Source: Nannocystales bacterium (GTDB lineage: Bacteria; Myxococcota_A; Polyangia; Nannocystales; Nannocystaceae). Taken from it: 64,000 nt of DNA. The notes under the pieces were generated by a model, which did not search any database, was not told where the DNA came from, and saw nothing but the letters and a program-made list of their open reading frames with translations. Every line of letters begins with the position of its first letter. Position 1 is the first letter of the stretch. The stretch is taken from the NCBI GenBank assembly GCA_050633305.1, contig JBOEGF010000010.1, positions 1 to 64,000 of the forward strand, written 5' to 3'. Positions 9,972-20,313 of the stretch are shown piece after piece. The position numbers were made by a program, and so were the translations under genes.

Positions 9972-10582
9972 GTACCCTCTTCGTGGCAAGCGATGGCCAG
10001 CCGCGATGCCGGTGGGCAGGCACGGCGCCAGACTTCATCGAGTACCACGACGGCGAGTGGGGCTTCCCCGTGGGCGACGACCGCACCCTGTTCGAAAAGA
10101 TCTGCCTCGAGGCATTTCAGTCCGGCTTGAGCTGGCGAACGATCCTCACCAAGCGGGAGAACTTCCGGCAAGCGTTCCACAACTTCGAGATCGACCGCGT
10201 GGCTCGGTTCAACAGCAGGAGCGTGGAGCGCCTGCTTCAAGATGAAGGCATCGTCCGCAACCGCGGGAAGATCGAAGCTGTCATCAACAATGCCCGCCGA
10301 GCCCGAGAGTTGATCCAAGAGTATGGGTCGCTTGGCGCTTTCTTGTGGAGCTACGAGCCTGCGGAGCCTCTCTGCGAGCCACAGACCGTCTCGGTCACTC
10401 CCGAGTCCAAGGCTCTCGCCAAGGAACTCAAGCGACGGGGTTGGAAGTTCGTGGGACCGACCACCATCTACGCCTTCATGCAGGCGATGGGCCTGGTGAA
10501 TGACCACGCCATCGGCTGCGTGAGCCGCCCCCGCGTCGAGGCGGCGCGGGCGAAGTTCGAACGACCATCCCCGACGCCGTAG
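9968..10582 (+). CDS. tag: DNA-3-methyladenine glycosylase I
   Basis: RCRW...YHDGEWG, LFEKICLEAFQSGLSW, GIVRNRGKI, FVGPTTIYAFMQAMGLVNDH...C. Confidence 0.96.
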   Translation: MSTLFVASDGQPRCRWAGTAPDFIEYHDGEWGFPVGDDRTLFEKICLEAFQSGLSWRTILTKRENFRQAFHNFEIDRVARFNSRSVERLLQDEGIVRNRGKIEAVINNARRARELIQEYGSLGAFLWSYEPAEPLCEPQTVSVTPESKALAKELKRRGWKFVGPTTIYAFMQAMGLVNDHAIGCVSRPRVEAARAKFERPSPTP

Positions 10583-10587
10583 TCCTC

Positions 10588-10875
10588 ATGTTCGCGATTC
10601 TCCTCGAGTTTTCTAGCCAGAAGTCCCAGGCTCCTTCGCATATGGAGGGCCACAACGCCTGGTTGCAGAAGGGCTTCGATGACGGCGTGTTCTTGATGTC
10701 CGGCAGTCTCCAGCCCGGCCGCGGTGGTGTTGTGCTCGCAGCCGGCGAAGCGCTGGAAGCCGTGCAACACAGGGTCGCTCAGGACCCGTTTGTGGAACAC
10801 GACGTGGTCAAGGCGACCGTGCTCGAGTTCAGTCCGAGCAAGGCCGACCCCCGTCTGCAGTTCCTCGTGGACTGA
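10588..10875 (+). CDS. YciI family protein
   Basis: H-x2-WL...FLMSG...GGVVLA...DPF signature in 95 aa. Confidence 0.85.
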   Translation: MFAILLEFSSQKSQAPSHMEGHNAWLQKGFDDGVFLMSGSLQPGRGGVVLAAGEALEAVQHRVAQDPFVEHDVVKATVLEFSPSKADPRLQFLVD

Positions 10876-11198
10876 CGACGCCGCGAACTCGAGCACCGCG
10901 GTTCGAAGTCGTCCTGGGTCGGTGGCATCCCCCATCGCGCCGACGAGGCGCTGCAGCGCCGTGTCGTTCCCTCCAGCTCCTTGCCCTGGCTGTCGAAGAG
11001 CTGCTCGCACGCGGTGCTGTAGCCAGGCGCGATCTGCAGGTCGGCACCGATCGTGAACAGGCCATGTGGAACATGCTCCCAGACGTCGAAGCGCCTGGCT
11101 CTTCACGCGTTCCTCGGCACCGGAGAAGTCGGAGAACACATCGGTGTAGCCCTCGTTCACGAACAGGCGACGGCCTGCGGCTACCCGGACCGGTGGTG

Positions 11199-12539
11199 TC
11201 ACGGGCACACGACGACATCACCCGCTTCAAGCTGCGGTGTGTCTTCGAGCTGGAGCCGATCGAGTTCTTGCCAGGGCATGTCGGGCGCGTCCGAGCGAAA
11301 GGTGCGGAACTCGGTCGGGGACGCAACGACAAGGATATTTCGGTGCATGGCGGTCCGTACGAGTGTGTTGCTGAGGTCCGGTGCCAACGTGGCTGCGTGG
11401 GTGAACGTGTTGCTGTCGTCGATGGAGCCCACGACGACCCCGGCTGCGCCGCCCATCGCGAAGGCTCCGTCTGCGAGTTCGATGATGTTGTGGCGATCGG
11501 TCCATGGGGGCTCGGTCGCCGCAACCATGTCGAAACCCGCGGATACGAGGGTGGTCTGTTGGTCGAGTCGACCGGAGGCGACGAGGAGGGCGTCCAGCGA
11601 GGGGACCCAAACGAGATCATCCGCGTTGGTGAGGCTTGTTTGCGGGACCAAGGGGTCCAAGGGTCCGAACGTGAGCCCGGCATAGCTCAGACTTGCGAGC
11701 TGCAGTGCATCGCCCGGCATCGCCAACCACAGGCGTTCGTTCTGCTCGTCGAGTGCGAGGCGCGGGGGGCCGGTCGCGTCCAACACCCGGGTCTCCAGGG
11801 GCACCAACCCTTGGCTGACGTCGAAGAGCTGGAGTTCGAACCCTTCCGTCGTCCTGACCGTGGCGAACAACAACGCCTCGTCCGTGCACGCCAGTTCAAG
11901 GACCCCGGGCAGGGGCGATCCACTCGAATCGGGGGGGAGTGTGTCGAACGGCCGCAAGGACACGACGACTCCAGCGGTGTGCATGGCGTGGACGAGGCGA
12001 TGACCACAGTTCTCGGTGGCGCGCGACAAGCCCACGGGCGCAGGTTGGTGGGGGGGAAGGTCACGGTCGAGCTCACGAGCGAGCAGGCCATCCCGGTCGA
12101 TGGTGATGGTGCGAATCGTCCCTCGGCCATCGCCAAGTTGGCCGACGAAGCAATGGCGTTCCCAGATACAGAGGTCGGAGCATCCATCCCCGACGTCGTT
12201 GTTGCCGTCATCGCAGACTTCAGGAGCCTGGAGCTGACCGTCCCCACACTGAGGGGAGGGCCCGCAAATACCCTCTTGGCATTCGAGGCTTTCGCCGCAC
12301 TCCCCGACCTCGCAGGGGCAGCCTCGGGAGCCACGAGGACAGCCGCCCCAGTCGCCGCCGGGGGGTCCTCCGTCGCGTGTGGAGGACCCCCCGGCGACGA
12401 CGGTGGTGGCCCCCGCGGTGGAGGTGTGGGTCTCTTGGTCCGTGTTTGTCGAGCTCCCACCGTCCGTGTCGACCGCGGCGGGCGAGGGCCCGCACCCGAG
12501 CGTGAGCAGCAATCCGGCGACGGTCCTTGTCGCATGCAT
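11199..12539 (-). CDS. Lipoprotein with Myxococcus Cys-rich repeat (DUF4215-like) and beta-rich C-terminus
   Basis: MHATRTVAGLLLTLGC lipobox; CGDGQLQAPEVCDDGNNDVGDGCSDLC. The track ORF is over-extended to 13526. Confidence 0.8.
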   Translation of the reverse strand: MHATRTVAGLLLTLGCGPSPAAVDTDGGSSTNTDQETHTSTAGATTVVAGGSSTRDGGPPGGDWGGCPRGSRGCPCEVGECGESLECQEGICGPSPQCGDGQLQAPEVCDDGNNDVGDGCSDLCIWERHCFVGQLGDGRGTIRTITIDRDGLLARELDRDLPPHQPAPVGLSRATENCGHRLVHAMHTAGVVVSLRPFDTLPPDSSGSPLPGVLELACTDEALLFATVRTTEGFELQLFDVSQGLVPLETRVLDATGPPRLALDEQNERLWLAMPGDALQLASLSYAGLTFGPLDPLVPQTSLTNADDLVWVPSLDALLVASGRLDQQTTLVSAGFDMVAATEPPWTDRHNIIELADGAFAMGGAAGVVVGSIDDSNTFTHAATLAPDLSNTLVRTAMHRNILVVASPTEFRTFRSDAPDMPWQELDRLQLEDTPQLEAGDVVVCP

Positions 12540-12597
12540 CCGTGGAGCGTAGCAGGGGCCGGGTCGAGGGAGCGGAGGCGCGAGGGGATGGTCGGTT

Positions 12598-12969
12598 TCA
12601 GCTTCGAAACGCAGACCACGAGACCAAGGCGAGGGGCGCGAGACCCACGGCATCGGCGATGGCGATCGAGCGAAGAGGTCCGGTGAGCGCCCCGGCACGC
12701 AGTGCGACCAAGAGGAACCCGACCATGGAGACCGCGAGGGCGAGCGTGGCAAGGCGTCGTACGGCCGGGTCGAACGCCGCGAACAGCGACACCAGGACCA
12801 GTGCCGCGAACAGGGCGCCTCGGTGGCTGAGGAGCACACCCGTGGTTCCGGATGGGTTGGCACCATAGAGGCGCTCGAGCACCGCCGGGCGCACGAGCGC
12901 GAGCGCTGGCGGTGCATGCAACGCGGCCAGCAGGAACCACGACCCGCGTACGGCAAACTCCAGCGACAT
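12598..12969 (-). CDS. Small multi-TM membrane protein of unknown function
   Basis: About four hydrophobic segments; LERLYG...LLSHRGALF motif; divergent from the AraC gene. Confidence 0.7.
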   Translation of the reverse strand: MSLEFAVRGSWFLLAALHAPPALALVRPAVLERLYGANPSGTTGVLLSHRGALFAALVLVSLFAAFDPAVRRLATLALAVSMVGFLLVALRAGALTGPLRSIAIADAVGLAPLALVSWSAFRS

Positions 12970-13160
12970 CCTGAGAAGGGTAGGCGAGGCGGACCGCGGC
13001 GGCTTTCAAGAACCGGCTGCGCTCGAGTCGACCCGCGACTCCGAACTCTGGCCGCGACCGTGTTCGCTGTCGTGTCACACTGGCATGGTCGGAGTCTGTT
13101 GAGCGCAATGAGGAACTCAACCGAGAGCAGTCGCATTACACCGGACGCACAGAGGCGCAG

Positions 13161-13916
13161 GTGAGCGCCGAGAGTCTTGTCGAGTCCGGGGCGGCCCTGC
13201 GGTTGCCCGAGGTTCCCCGGATCATCGTGGGGCGGGGTCGGGTGCTGTACGTGGGCCCGGGTTTGGACCTCCGCCCCCACCGTAACGCCGCGGCGACGGT
13301 GGCGATCGGTCTCGAGGCTCCGTTCGACCTCGAGCTGATCGCTCCGGTCGCGGCGGCGTCCTCGCCCCATACGGTCGCGCTGATCGAGCCGGGGACGATG
13401 CATCACCTGCGCGCCCACGGAGCGATGGCGTTTCTCTACCTCGACGGCCTGGGAGATGACGTCGAGGTCTTGGCTCGGGGGCTTTCCGGGGGTTGTGTCG
13501 GCCAGGTCGCGGCCGCTGCCACGCATCCCGGAACACGAGTCCTCGGGGCGGTCGTCGAGGCGCTAGGGCTGCGCGACCTGCAGGTCTCCGAGGCCCTTGC
13601 ACCGACGGTCCGGGAGATCGACCAGCGTCCGGAGGACTTCCCACGTTTGGTCGACGCAGCTGCGCATGCTGGACTCTCCGAGTCCCGGTTTCGGCACGTC
13701 TTCCGCGAGGTTGTGGGCATGCCGTTTCGACGCTACCGGTTGTGGCGGCGGATGGCTGTGGTGGCATCCGAACTGAGTCACGGACGAACGCTGACTCAGG
13801 CCGCACTCGCAGCGGGGTTTGCCAGCTCGGCGCATTTCAGTGAGTCGTTTCGGAAGATGTTCGGCATGACAGCATCGGATCTGCTGCGCACCGGGGCCCG
13901 GTTCGAGTTTGCCTAG
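13161..13916 (+). CDS. AraC family transcriptional regulator
   Basis: LSESRFRHVFREVVGMPFRRYRLW...LTQAALAAGFASSAHFSESFRKMFG. Confidence 0.92.
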   Translation: MSAESLVESGAALRLPEVPRIIVGRGRVLYVGPGLDLRPHRNAAATVAIGLEAPFDLELIAPVAAASSPHTVALIEPGTMHHLRAHGAMAFLYLDGLGDDVEVLARGLSGGCVGQVAAAATHPGTRVLGAVVEALGLRDLQVSEALAPTVREIDQRPEDFPRLVDAAAHAGLSESRFRHVFREVVGMPFRRYRLWRRMAVVASELSHGRTLTQAALAAGFASSAHFSESFRKMFGMTASDLLRTGARFEFA

Positions 13917-14533
13917 CGAACGGGGGTCTTGGAGATGACATACCGTAGCCCGCGAAAACTCGGGTCCGTGCAGAATCGGAGCACTCGGGAGGCGCTGACC
14001 TCTCCGTCGACCAAGGTGACCGTCCAGGGCCCGACCACACCCGAGTTGCCCGGATGGAGGACAAGCGAGTCTCCCGAGCGCTTGTCGACGAAGCGGACAG
14101 CGTGTTGACGTCTTCGAATGCACTCGTCGGAGTCGAGGGCGACGACGCGGCTGCGCTTGATCGAGACTTCTTCGTTGCCCTCCCATCGCCCCTCGTGGAC
14201 CGCGAGCAGCAAGGCGCCCGTGGAGTCCCGAAGTTCGAGGTGCCCGTAGAAGCCTCCCGCGAAGTCAGGGCCTGAGAGTTGGCCGTGCACGGTGACGCGT
14301 TCGCCAACCGGAAGAGGGTGGGGCAAGAGCGGGAACCCGACCGTGCCCTCGTAGGACTGCTCGTCGAGGCGCAAGGTTCCGTCGGCTTGCACAACTCCGC
14401 TGCGGGTCGAGCCGTGAGCATCGAGCCCAGCACCGGACGGAGCGATCACTTGCGGAGGGGGCACGGAGGCACAGGCGCCGAGGCACGCGAGAACGAGCCA
14501 CGACAGGACAGGGGCAAGGTACGTGGTGCTCAC
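13913..14533 (-). CDS. Hypothetical lipoprotein
   Basis: GTG at 14533 overlaps the upstream stop; LVLACLGAC lipobox. Alternative ATG at 14560. Confidence 0.55.
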   Translation of the reverse strand: MSTTYLAPVLSWLVLACLGACASVPPPQVIAPSGAGLDAHGSTRSGVVQADGTLRLDEQSYEGTVGFPLLPHPLPVGERVTVHGQLSGPDFAGGFYGHLELRDSTGALLLAVHEGRWEGNEEVSIKRSRVVALDSDECIRRRQHAVRFVDKRSGDSLVLHPGNSGVVGPWTVTLVDGEVSASRVLRFCTDPSFRGLRYVISKTPVR

Positions 14534-15507
14534 GGCTGTTGTGTTCGCTGCTTTCGGCATGCCGCACGAGTCCAGAACACCATCGGGATGCGCTCCGTGC
14601 CTTGGGGCAGCTGTGGGCGCCAGGGACCCAACCGCTTCCGCATGCAGCGAGCTTGTGCCTCGCATGGGGTGTCGACGGTGTCGCAGGGCGGGCAGGTCCG
14701 GCCGGTCTCCACGACCGTGCCGTCCGCTGTGGTTGTGCGAGCGATGGGGATCCGTTTCCTCGTGTGGCCGTGGCCATAGGCGTGTCCAGCCTCAGATCTC
14801 TTTCGCAGCACAGGGACGAGATTGCTCTCGCAGTGGCAGACCGTCCCATCTTGGAGCTCGGGGGACGAGTCCTCGCAGCGGACCGCCAGATACGGAGCGG
14901 GGGAAGGCTCGAAGTCGATCGCCGTCTCGTCAAAGCGAACGAATCGCCCGTGAACTTCGGTATCGAGGATGGCGCCTGCGCTCCCACTCATGGTGCCGTC
15001 CGCATGGGAGACCTCCATGCCTTGGCCCCGCTCCTCCAGCCTGTCTGCGATCGAGAATGCTCGGACGACGCGCGTGCGGTCACCCGCCGCGCCGGAGTTC
15101 GACCATGGTCCCCGCCACACCCATTCGGAGTCGTCGCGCACGAGCTCACGACACTGCTGGGAGTCCGGGCTCAGCACCCACAGTTGTCGGCTTTGAAGGA
15201 GCCTCTCTTGGACTTTGGCCACGGAGCGTCGATAGTTCTCGAGCTCGGTGGCGTACGCGGACTCTTCCTCAGACGGGGCGAGTGCCTCGCAGGAGGGAGA
15301 TTCGGGGTTGGGGAGCGCAGCGTCGGCGTGCTCAGTCTGTGGACCTCTAGGGGGGACCCGCTGCTTCGGTGGAAGAGGTCGGCCTGCGTCTCCTCCACCC
15401 GTTTCGACGTCGGAGCTCGGGGCGGTGGGTTCGGGCTCGGTCGATGCGCGCTCTAGAGTACATGCGCAGAGGACAAGCACGATCGCGTAGCGCCTGAGAC
15501 GGGGCAT
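14530..15507 (-). CDS. Hypothetical lipoprotein
   Basis: MPRLRRYAIVLVLCAC lipobox; Cys-rich C-terminus. Confidence 0.6.
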   Translation of the reverse strand: MPRLRRYAIVLVLCACTLERASTEPEPTAPSSDVETGGGDAGRPLPPKQRVPPRGPQTEHADAALPNPESPSCEALAPSEEESAYATELENYRRSVAKVQERLLQSRQLWVLSPDSQQCRELVRDDSEWVWRGPWSNSGAAGDRTRVVRAFSIADRLEERGQGMEVSHADGTMSGSAGAILDTEVHGRFVRFDETAIDFEPSPAPYLAVRCEDSSPELQDGTVCHCESNLVPVLRKRSEAGHAYGHGHTRKRIPIARTTTADGTVVETGRTCPPCDTVDTPCEAQARCMRKRLGPWRPQLPQGTERIPMVFWTRAACRKQRTQQP

Positions 15508-15726
15508 TTTAGGTGGAACGTGCAGGGCCACTCGGTTATTCGCCCCCGCGGAAAACCTACGGTCTCGTTGGCACTCGATGCGACGGCGATGAAGTCTGAC
15601 CTAACGTCAGGTTCCGGGCTCGGGGTCGCCCGGGCCGCGAAGTCGGGTGCCGTTGTGGGCCGGGGGCGACCACGTTTCTTCGCTGAGGGGTTGCTCCGTC
15701 GACGGTTGCCGTAGACGCTACGCCTC

Positions 15727-17652
15727 GTGGGTGAGGAGCGTGGGATCGGGGAAGGTGATGCGCAGCCGTGGTCGCTCGAGACCGTCGCACGATTCGGGCA
15801 GCTACTCCTCGACGGGTTTTCCGTCATCGACCCGCAGGGGGTTCATCTCGCGGTCAACGATGCCCTGTGTGAGATGGTCGGCTACAGTCGCGAGGAGCTG
15901 GTGGGGGCGACCAGCGAAGGGCTGTATTGGCCTGAAGAAGAACTGGAGACGATCCGCGCCGCCTTGGAACAGACCCTCGATGGGCACTTCCGGCACTTTC
16001 AGCTCACCTTCTGTCGCGCAAACGGGGAGCGCTTCCCCGTCGTGGTCAGTCCCAACGTCGCGCTCGATGAGCACGGCGAGCCGGCTTTCTACTTCGCGAC
16101 CGTCAAAGACAACAGCGACATCGAACGGGCCCACGAAGCGCTCAAGGAGAGCGAGGTGCGCTATCGGGCGTTGGCGGACTCGACGCCGTACGGCATCGCG
16201 GTCCATATCGGTGGTGTCATCCGCTATGCGAACACCGCGGCCCTCGAGCTGTTCGGCGGAGAGCTACCCGCGGTTGTTGGCCAGCGTTTGGAGAGATTCG
16301 TTCACCCCGACGACCGTGAACTCGTCGCAGCGCGCGTGCGGGGGCTGGTCGACGAGAACAGCTCCGCCCCGTGGGCACGCGAACGCTTCCGCCGACTCGA
16401 TGGTGCCACCTTCCACGCCGACGTTGCTGGGGTCCGGATCCGTTTCGAAGAGCAGGACGCGGTCCAAGTGGCGTTCCGTGACGCGACGCGTGAACTCGAG
16501 CGCGAGCGTCAGCAGGCGGAGAGCAACCGGCTCGAAGCGATCGGGCGGCTTGCCGGGGGGGTCGCCCACGACTTCAACAACCTCCTCACGGTGGTGATGG
16601 CTGCGTGCTCGTTCGTGCGTGAGCACGAAGGCTTGCCCGAGGACCTCCGCGCCGATCTACAAAGCGCTTCAGAAGCAGCACGCCACGGCTCGGAGCTGAC
16701 CCGACAGCTGCTCGCCTTCAGCCGACAAGAGCCGCCCCAGCTCACGAGTGTTGCTCCGGGAGAGGAATTCAAGCGGCTTGGGAGCGTGCTCGAGCGAATG
16801 GTCGGTGAGGACGTGGTCCTCGAGGTCGACATCGCGAAGGACTGCTGGCCGATTCGTGCCGATCGGACTCAGTTTGAGCGGGTCCTGCTGAACCTGGTGG
16901 CCAATGCACGAGCCGCGATGCCCGAAGGCGGCAGGGTTCGGCTGCAGACGACAAACGTTGCCGGTTCGAGTCTCGGCGATGAGGTGGATGTGCCTGCAAC
17001 CCAGGACTTCGTGCAGATCGTTGTCGACGACGACGGCGTGGGGATGGACGAGACGACCCGTGGTCAGGTGTTTGAGCCGTTCTTCACGACTCGGCGCGCA
17101 CAGGGCGGGACCGGGCTAGGTCTGGCTACGGTGTACGGAATTGTCCGCCACTCGGGAGGGGCGGTCGTCCTCGATTCGGAGGTCGGCAGGGGAACGACCG
17201 TCACCATCCTTTGGCCCCGGACGAGCCGCGCCGTGCAAGCCGCATCCCCCTGCCCGCAACCCGAGACCGCCGGGCGCGAGGTCGTGCTCGTCGTCGAGGA
17301 CCAGGCTCCGGTGCGCAAGGTGGCGGTACGCTCGCTGCAACGGGACGGCTACACGGTCTTCGAGGCTGAGGGCTACACCGATGCCATGGCGTGGCTCGAG
17401 AAGGGCGAACCGCTCGATTTGCTGCTCAGCGACGTTGTCCTGCGCGACCGTACCGGCCCGGCGATCGTCGACGCAGCGCGAGTGCTGAGGCCCACTCTGC
17501 GGGTGCTCTTCATGTCGGGGTATTCCGACGTCGCCGCCCTGCAGGAGCGCTACTCCGCGGTGCCGCTGTTGCAGAAACCCTTCACGCCGTCAGGCTTGGG
17601 CGCGGCAGTGCGTGCCGTGCTCGAAGCCGAAGAGCGCTCCTCGGACTCCTGA
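15727..17652 (+). CDS. Hybrid sensor histidine kinase (2xPAS-HisKA-HATPase-REC)
   Basis: GRLAGGVAHDFNNLL H-box; LLNLVANAR, DDGVGMD, FEPFFTT and GTGLGL; receiver VLVVED...LLLSDVV...QKPF. Confidence 0.95.
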   Translation: MGEERGIGEGDAQPWSLETVARFGQLLLDGFSVIDPQGVHLAVNDALCEMVGYSREELVGATSEGLYWPEEELETIRAALEQTLDGHFRHFQLTFCRANGERFPVVVSPNVALDEHGEPAFYFATVKDNSDIERAHEALKESEVRYRALADSTPYGIAVHIGGVIRYANTAALELFGGELPAVVGQRLERFVHPDDRELVAARVRGLVDENSSAPWARERFRRLDGATFHADVAGVRIRFEEQDAVQVAFRDATRELERERQQAESNRLEAIGRLAGGVAHDFNNLLTVVMAACSFVREHEGLPEDLRADLQSASEAARHGSELTRQLLAFSRQEPPQLTSVAPGEEFKRLGSVLERMVGEDVVLEVDIAKDCWPIRADRTQFERVLLNLVANARAAMPEGGRVRLQTTNVAGSSLGDEVDVPATQDFVQIVVDDDGVGMDETTRGQVFEPFFTTRRAQGGTGLGLATVYGIVRHSGGAVVLDSEVGRGTTVTILWPRTSRAVQAASPCPQPETAGREVVLVVEDQAPVRKVAVRSLQRDGYTVFEAEGYTDAMAWLEKGEPLDLLLSDVVLRDRTGPAIVDAARVLRPTLRVLFMSGYSDVAALQERYSAVPLLQKPFTPSGLGAAVRAVLEAEERSSDS

Positions 17653-17805
17653 GGGCGGCGGCCGTTCGCGTGGATCTGCACGACACGGAGCGAGCCAGGC
17701 CTTGGCGAGTCAAGGCTTGGGACGGATCGCTCGCTTCGTCACAGCTCCGTGACGGCTCGGAAAACGCTTGGAGTCTTCCCTAGACGCCGTGTGTGTGGGC
17801 ACGGT

Positions 17806-17854
17806 GTCACATGCAAGGTGACGGCTTGTTACGGAGCCGAGACAAACGCGACAC
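17806..17854 (+). promoter_or_regulatory. Possible Pho-box-like direct repeats with ~11-bp period
   Basis: GTCAC 17806, GTGAC 17818, GTTAC 17828, GAGAC 17839, GACAC 17850. Confidence 0.35.
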
Positions 17855-17867
17855 GTCCTAGCCATGG

Positions 17868-18731
17868 ATGCGCCCCATAGTTCGCGAGCCGATGTTCGAC
17901 GGGTTTCGCCCAGAGCTCCAAGGCTGGTTCTTCGAGAGAAGGGTCCTACCGAGCGCGATTACGCTGGGCGTATTGCTCGCTGGCGCTGTGGCGTATGTCG
18001 CGACGCTCGAGCGCGCGGAGGAGACTGTAGAGGTTGCGCTTGGCGACCCGGAGCTGAGCGATTTCTCGGTCGAAGAGGAAGAGCCGGAGATCGAGGAAGA
18101 GGAGCCTGAGGCCGAGCCTCCGCCGCCCCCGCCTCCGGACGCGAAGGTCAAACGGGTCAAGAAGCCGACGCCGAAGCCTAAGCCGGTCACGCCGATCGCC
18201 AAGCCAACCGATGCCGCGGACGAGACCGACAAAGAGAAGGTCTACGAGATCCCGATGGACGGCCGCACGAGCCGGACCGGCATGGGCGGCGGGACGGGCA
18301 AGCCGACCGGTGCGACGCAGGCGAAGAAGCCGGCCAAGCCGGCAACGCCTAGGCCGAAACCCAAGAAGAAGGCGAAGAAGAAGCCGATCGACCCGACGAA
18401 GCCCGTCGATCGGCCTGAGAACGCCACCGTGCCGAAGCCGTTGCCCAGCAACGCGCAGCCCTCGTACCCGAAGAAACTGCGCGAAGAAGGCATCAGTGGG
18501 CGCGTGGTGCTCAAACTTCATGTGCACCGCGACGGCAGCGTTCGCGGAGCGAAGGTGCTGTCCAAGAAGAACAGCGCCACCACCGAGGACGAGAAGAAGG
18601 CCGCATCCGCAGCGTTCCTCAAATCGGTCATCAAAGTCGTCAAGTCGTGGCGCTTCAAGCCCGCGACGCTGGCCGGAAAACCGATCTCCGTCTGGCACAA
18701 GGTCAACATTCCGTTCGAGCTCACCGACTGA
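17868..18731 (+). CDS. tonB: TonB family energy transducer
   Basis: TM anchor, (EP)/(KP) Pro-rich tract, C-terminal YPKKLREEGISGRVVL...WRFKPA...IPFEL. Confidence 0.9.
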   Translation: MRPIVREPMFDGFRPELQGWFFERRVLPSAITLGVLLAGAVAYVATLERAEETVEVALGDPELSDFSVEEEEPEIEEEEPEAEPPPPPPPDAKVKRVKKPTPKPKPVTPIAKPTDAADETDKEKVYEIPMDGRTSRTGMGGGTGKPTGATQAKKPAKPATPRPKPKKKAKKKPIDPTKPVDRPENATVPKPLPSNAQPSYPKKLREEGISGRVVLKLHVHRDGSVRGAKVLSKKNSATTEDEKKAASAAFLKSVIKVVKSWRFKPATLAGKPISVWHKVNIPFELTD

Positions 18732-18781
18732 GCCGACCGAGCAGCCAACCAAGAAGCCAACCGAGAAGAAGGAGCGATTCG

Positions 18782-19459
18782 ATGGAACTGTCCCTCGTAG
18801 AAATCTGGGCCGAAATGGGCATCCTGTCCAAGGCCGTGGCCGTCTCGCTGGTGGCCATGGGCATCGCCAGCGCCTTTGTGGCGGTGGAGCGATTCTTGGT
18901 GTTGCTCAAGGCGCATCGCATCAGCGTGGCGTTTGCCGACAAGGCCCGTCCGCTGATGGAAGCCAAGGAGATCGATACGCTCTACGACCTCACGCGTGGC
19001 AAGGAGTTCGCGACGGGCCCGCTGCCTCGACTGCTTCGCTTCGGCCTCGAGTCGTACCGCGCCAACACCAACGACAAGGCTGTCGGCCCGGTCGAGATGG
19101 CGAAGCGCGAACTCAACCGCAAGCTCGAGATGATGGGCACCGAGTCTCGGCGCGGCATGGGCATCCTGGCCTCCACCGGTTCGACCGCACCCTTCATCGG
19201 TCTGTTCGGGACCGTCATCGGCATCATCACCGCGTTCCAAGGCATCGCAGCTGCGGGCGGCGGAGGCATCGGTGCAGTGTCGGCGGGTATCGCAGAAGCA
19301 CTCATCGTCACGGCGGTCGGCCTTGTGGTCGCCATCATGGCTGTCCTCGTGTTCAACGCGTTGAGCTCCAAGTTCGACGCGTTCGACCAGACCATGCAAC
19401 ACGCTGCCAGCGAGCTGGTGGACTACCTGGAGATCGCACATGGGAGCTCAGCTCAGTAG
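18782..19459 (+). CDS. exbB: MotA/TolQ/ExbB proton channel protein
   Basis: LASTGSTAPFIGLFGTVIGIITAF...GIAEALIVTAVGLVVAI. Confidence 0.92.
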   Translation: MELSLVEIWAEMGILSKAVAVSLVAMGIASAFVAVERFLVLLKAHRISVAFADKARPLMEAKEIDTLYDLTRGKEFATGPLPRLLRFGLESYRANTNDKAVGPVEMAKRELNRKLEMMGTESRRGMGILASTGSTAPFIGLFGTVIGIITAFQGIAAAGGGGIGAVSAGIAEALIVTAVGLVVAIMAVLVFNALSSKFDAFDQTMQHAASELVDYLEIAHGSSAQ

Positions 19460-19874
19460 CGGTCGCAAGAAGGGCGCTCAGCCCAACATCAACGTCACGC
19501 CGCTGGTCGACGTGGTGTTGGTGCTGCTGATCATCTTCATGGTCGTGCTCCCTGATGTGCAGGGCGGCAAGCCGGTCGAGATGGTCAAGGTCGCCGCAGC
19601 CGACAAACACGCCAGCGACGTGGAACCGTTGACCGTGACGATCGATCTCTCCGAGGTCTACACGTGGGACGACGCGGACACGACCCGCGACATCGCACTG
19701 GGCGGACTGCGGGCAGAGTACGCGCGTGACCCCAAGCAGAAGGTGCTTCTGCGGGCCGACGCCGGGTTGCGTTACGCCATCGTCCGCGACTTCTTCGCGG
19801 ATGTGCAGGACATCGGCTTCCCCACGGTCTCGTTGGCCGTCGGTGTGGGCGCCGAGTGGAAAGAGGAGAGCTAA
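19440..19874 (+). CDS. exbD: ExbD/TolR family protein
   Basis: INVTPLVDVVLVLLIIFMV; LRAD-x3-Y motif. Confidence 0.9.
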   Translation: MGAQLSSGRKKGAQPNINVTPLVDVVLVLLIIFMVVLPDVQGGKPVEMVKVAAADKHASDVEPLTVTIDLSEVYTWDDADTTRDIALGGLRAEYARDPKQKVLLRADAGLRYAIVRDFFADVQDIGFPTVSLAVGVGAEWKEES

Positions 19875-19877
19875 ACC

Positions 19878-20309
19878 ATGGGCATGGCCATCGGGAGCGA
19901 AAACGGGAAGACCTCGGTCAAGCCCGACATGAACGTCACGCCGCTGGTCGACGTGGTGTTGGTGCTCCTCATCATCTTCATGGTGCTCGCGCCCGTGGTG
20001 ACGGAGGGCTTCGATGTCCGCCTGCCGCCCAAAGACGAGACGGACCAGCGACTCGACGAGTCCAACGACCCGAACAAGCCGTTGGTGCTTTCGGTCGCGG
20101 AGGACGGTGCGTACGAGGTCAACTCGGTTCGCATCGAGCAAGACGAGCTGCCTGGTCGGCTCAAACGGATGTTCAACGCCCGTCCCGACAACGTTCTGTA
20201 TGTCGATGGTGCGGACGACGTGGCCTACGGTCGCGTGCTGCAGGGAGTTGACTTTGCCCGTAGTGGTGGAGCGGCCCCGGTGGTGATGATCACCAAGAAA
20301 CTCGAGTAA
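19878..20309 (+). CDS. exbD: ExbD/TolR family protein (second copy)
   Basis: MNVTPLVDVVLVLLIIFMV. Confidence 0.9.
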   Translation: MGMAIGSENGKTSVKPDMNVTPLVDVVLVLLIIFMVLAPVVTEGFDVRLPPKDETDQRLDESNDPNKPLVLSVAEDGAYEVNSVRIEQDELPGRLKRMFNARPDNVLYVDGADDVAYGRVLQGVDFARSGGAAPVVMITKKLE

Positions 20310-20313
20310 GAAA

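Noticed and set aside
10876..11198. Possible gene fragment on the minus strand (VNEGYTDVFSDFSGAEER...)
   Set aside because: The ORF runs antisense through yciI and tag and has no recognisable motif; insufficient support.
19490..19985. ~55-bp direct repeat AACGTCACGCCGCTGGTCGACGTGGTGTTGGTGCT...
   Set aside because: It is the conserved TM motif of two tandem exbD paralogs.
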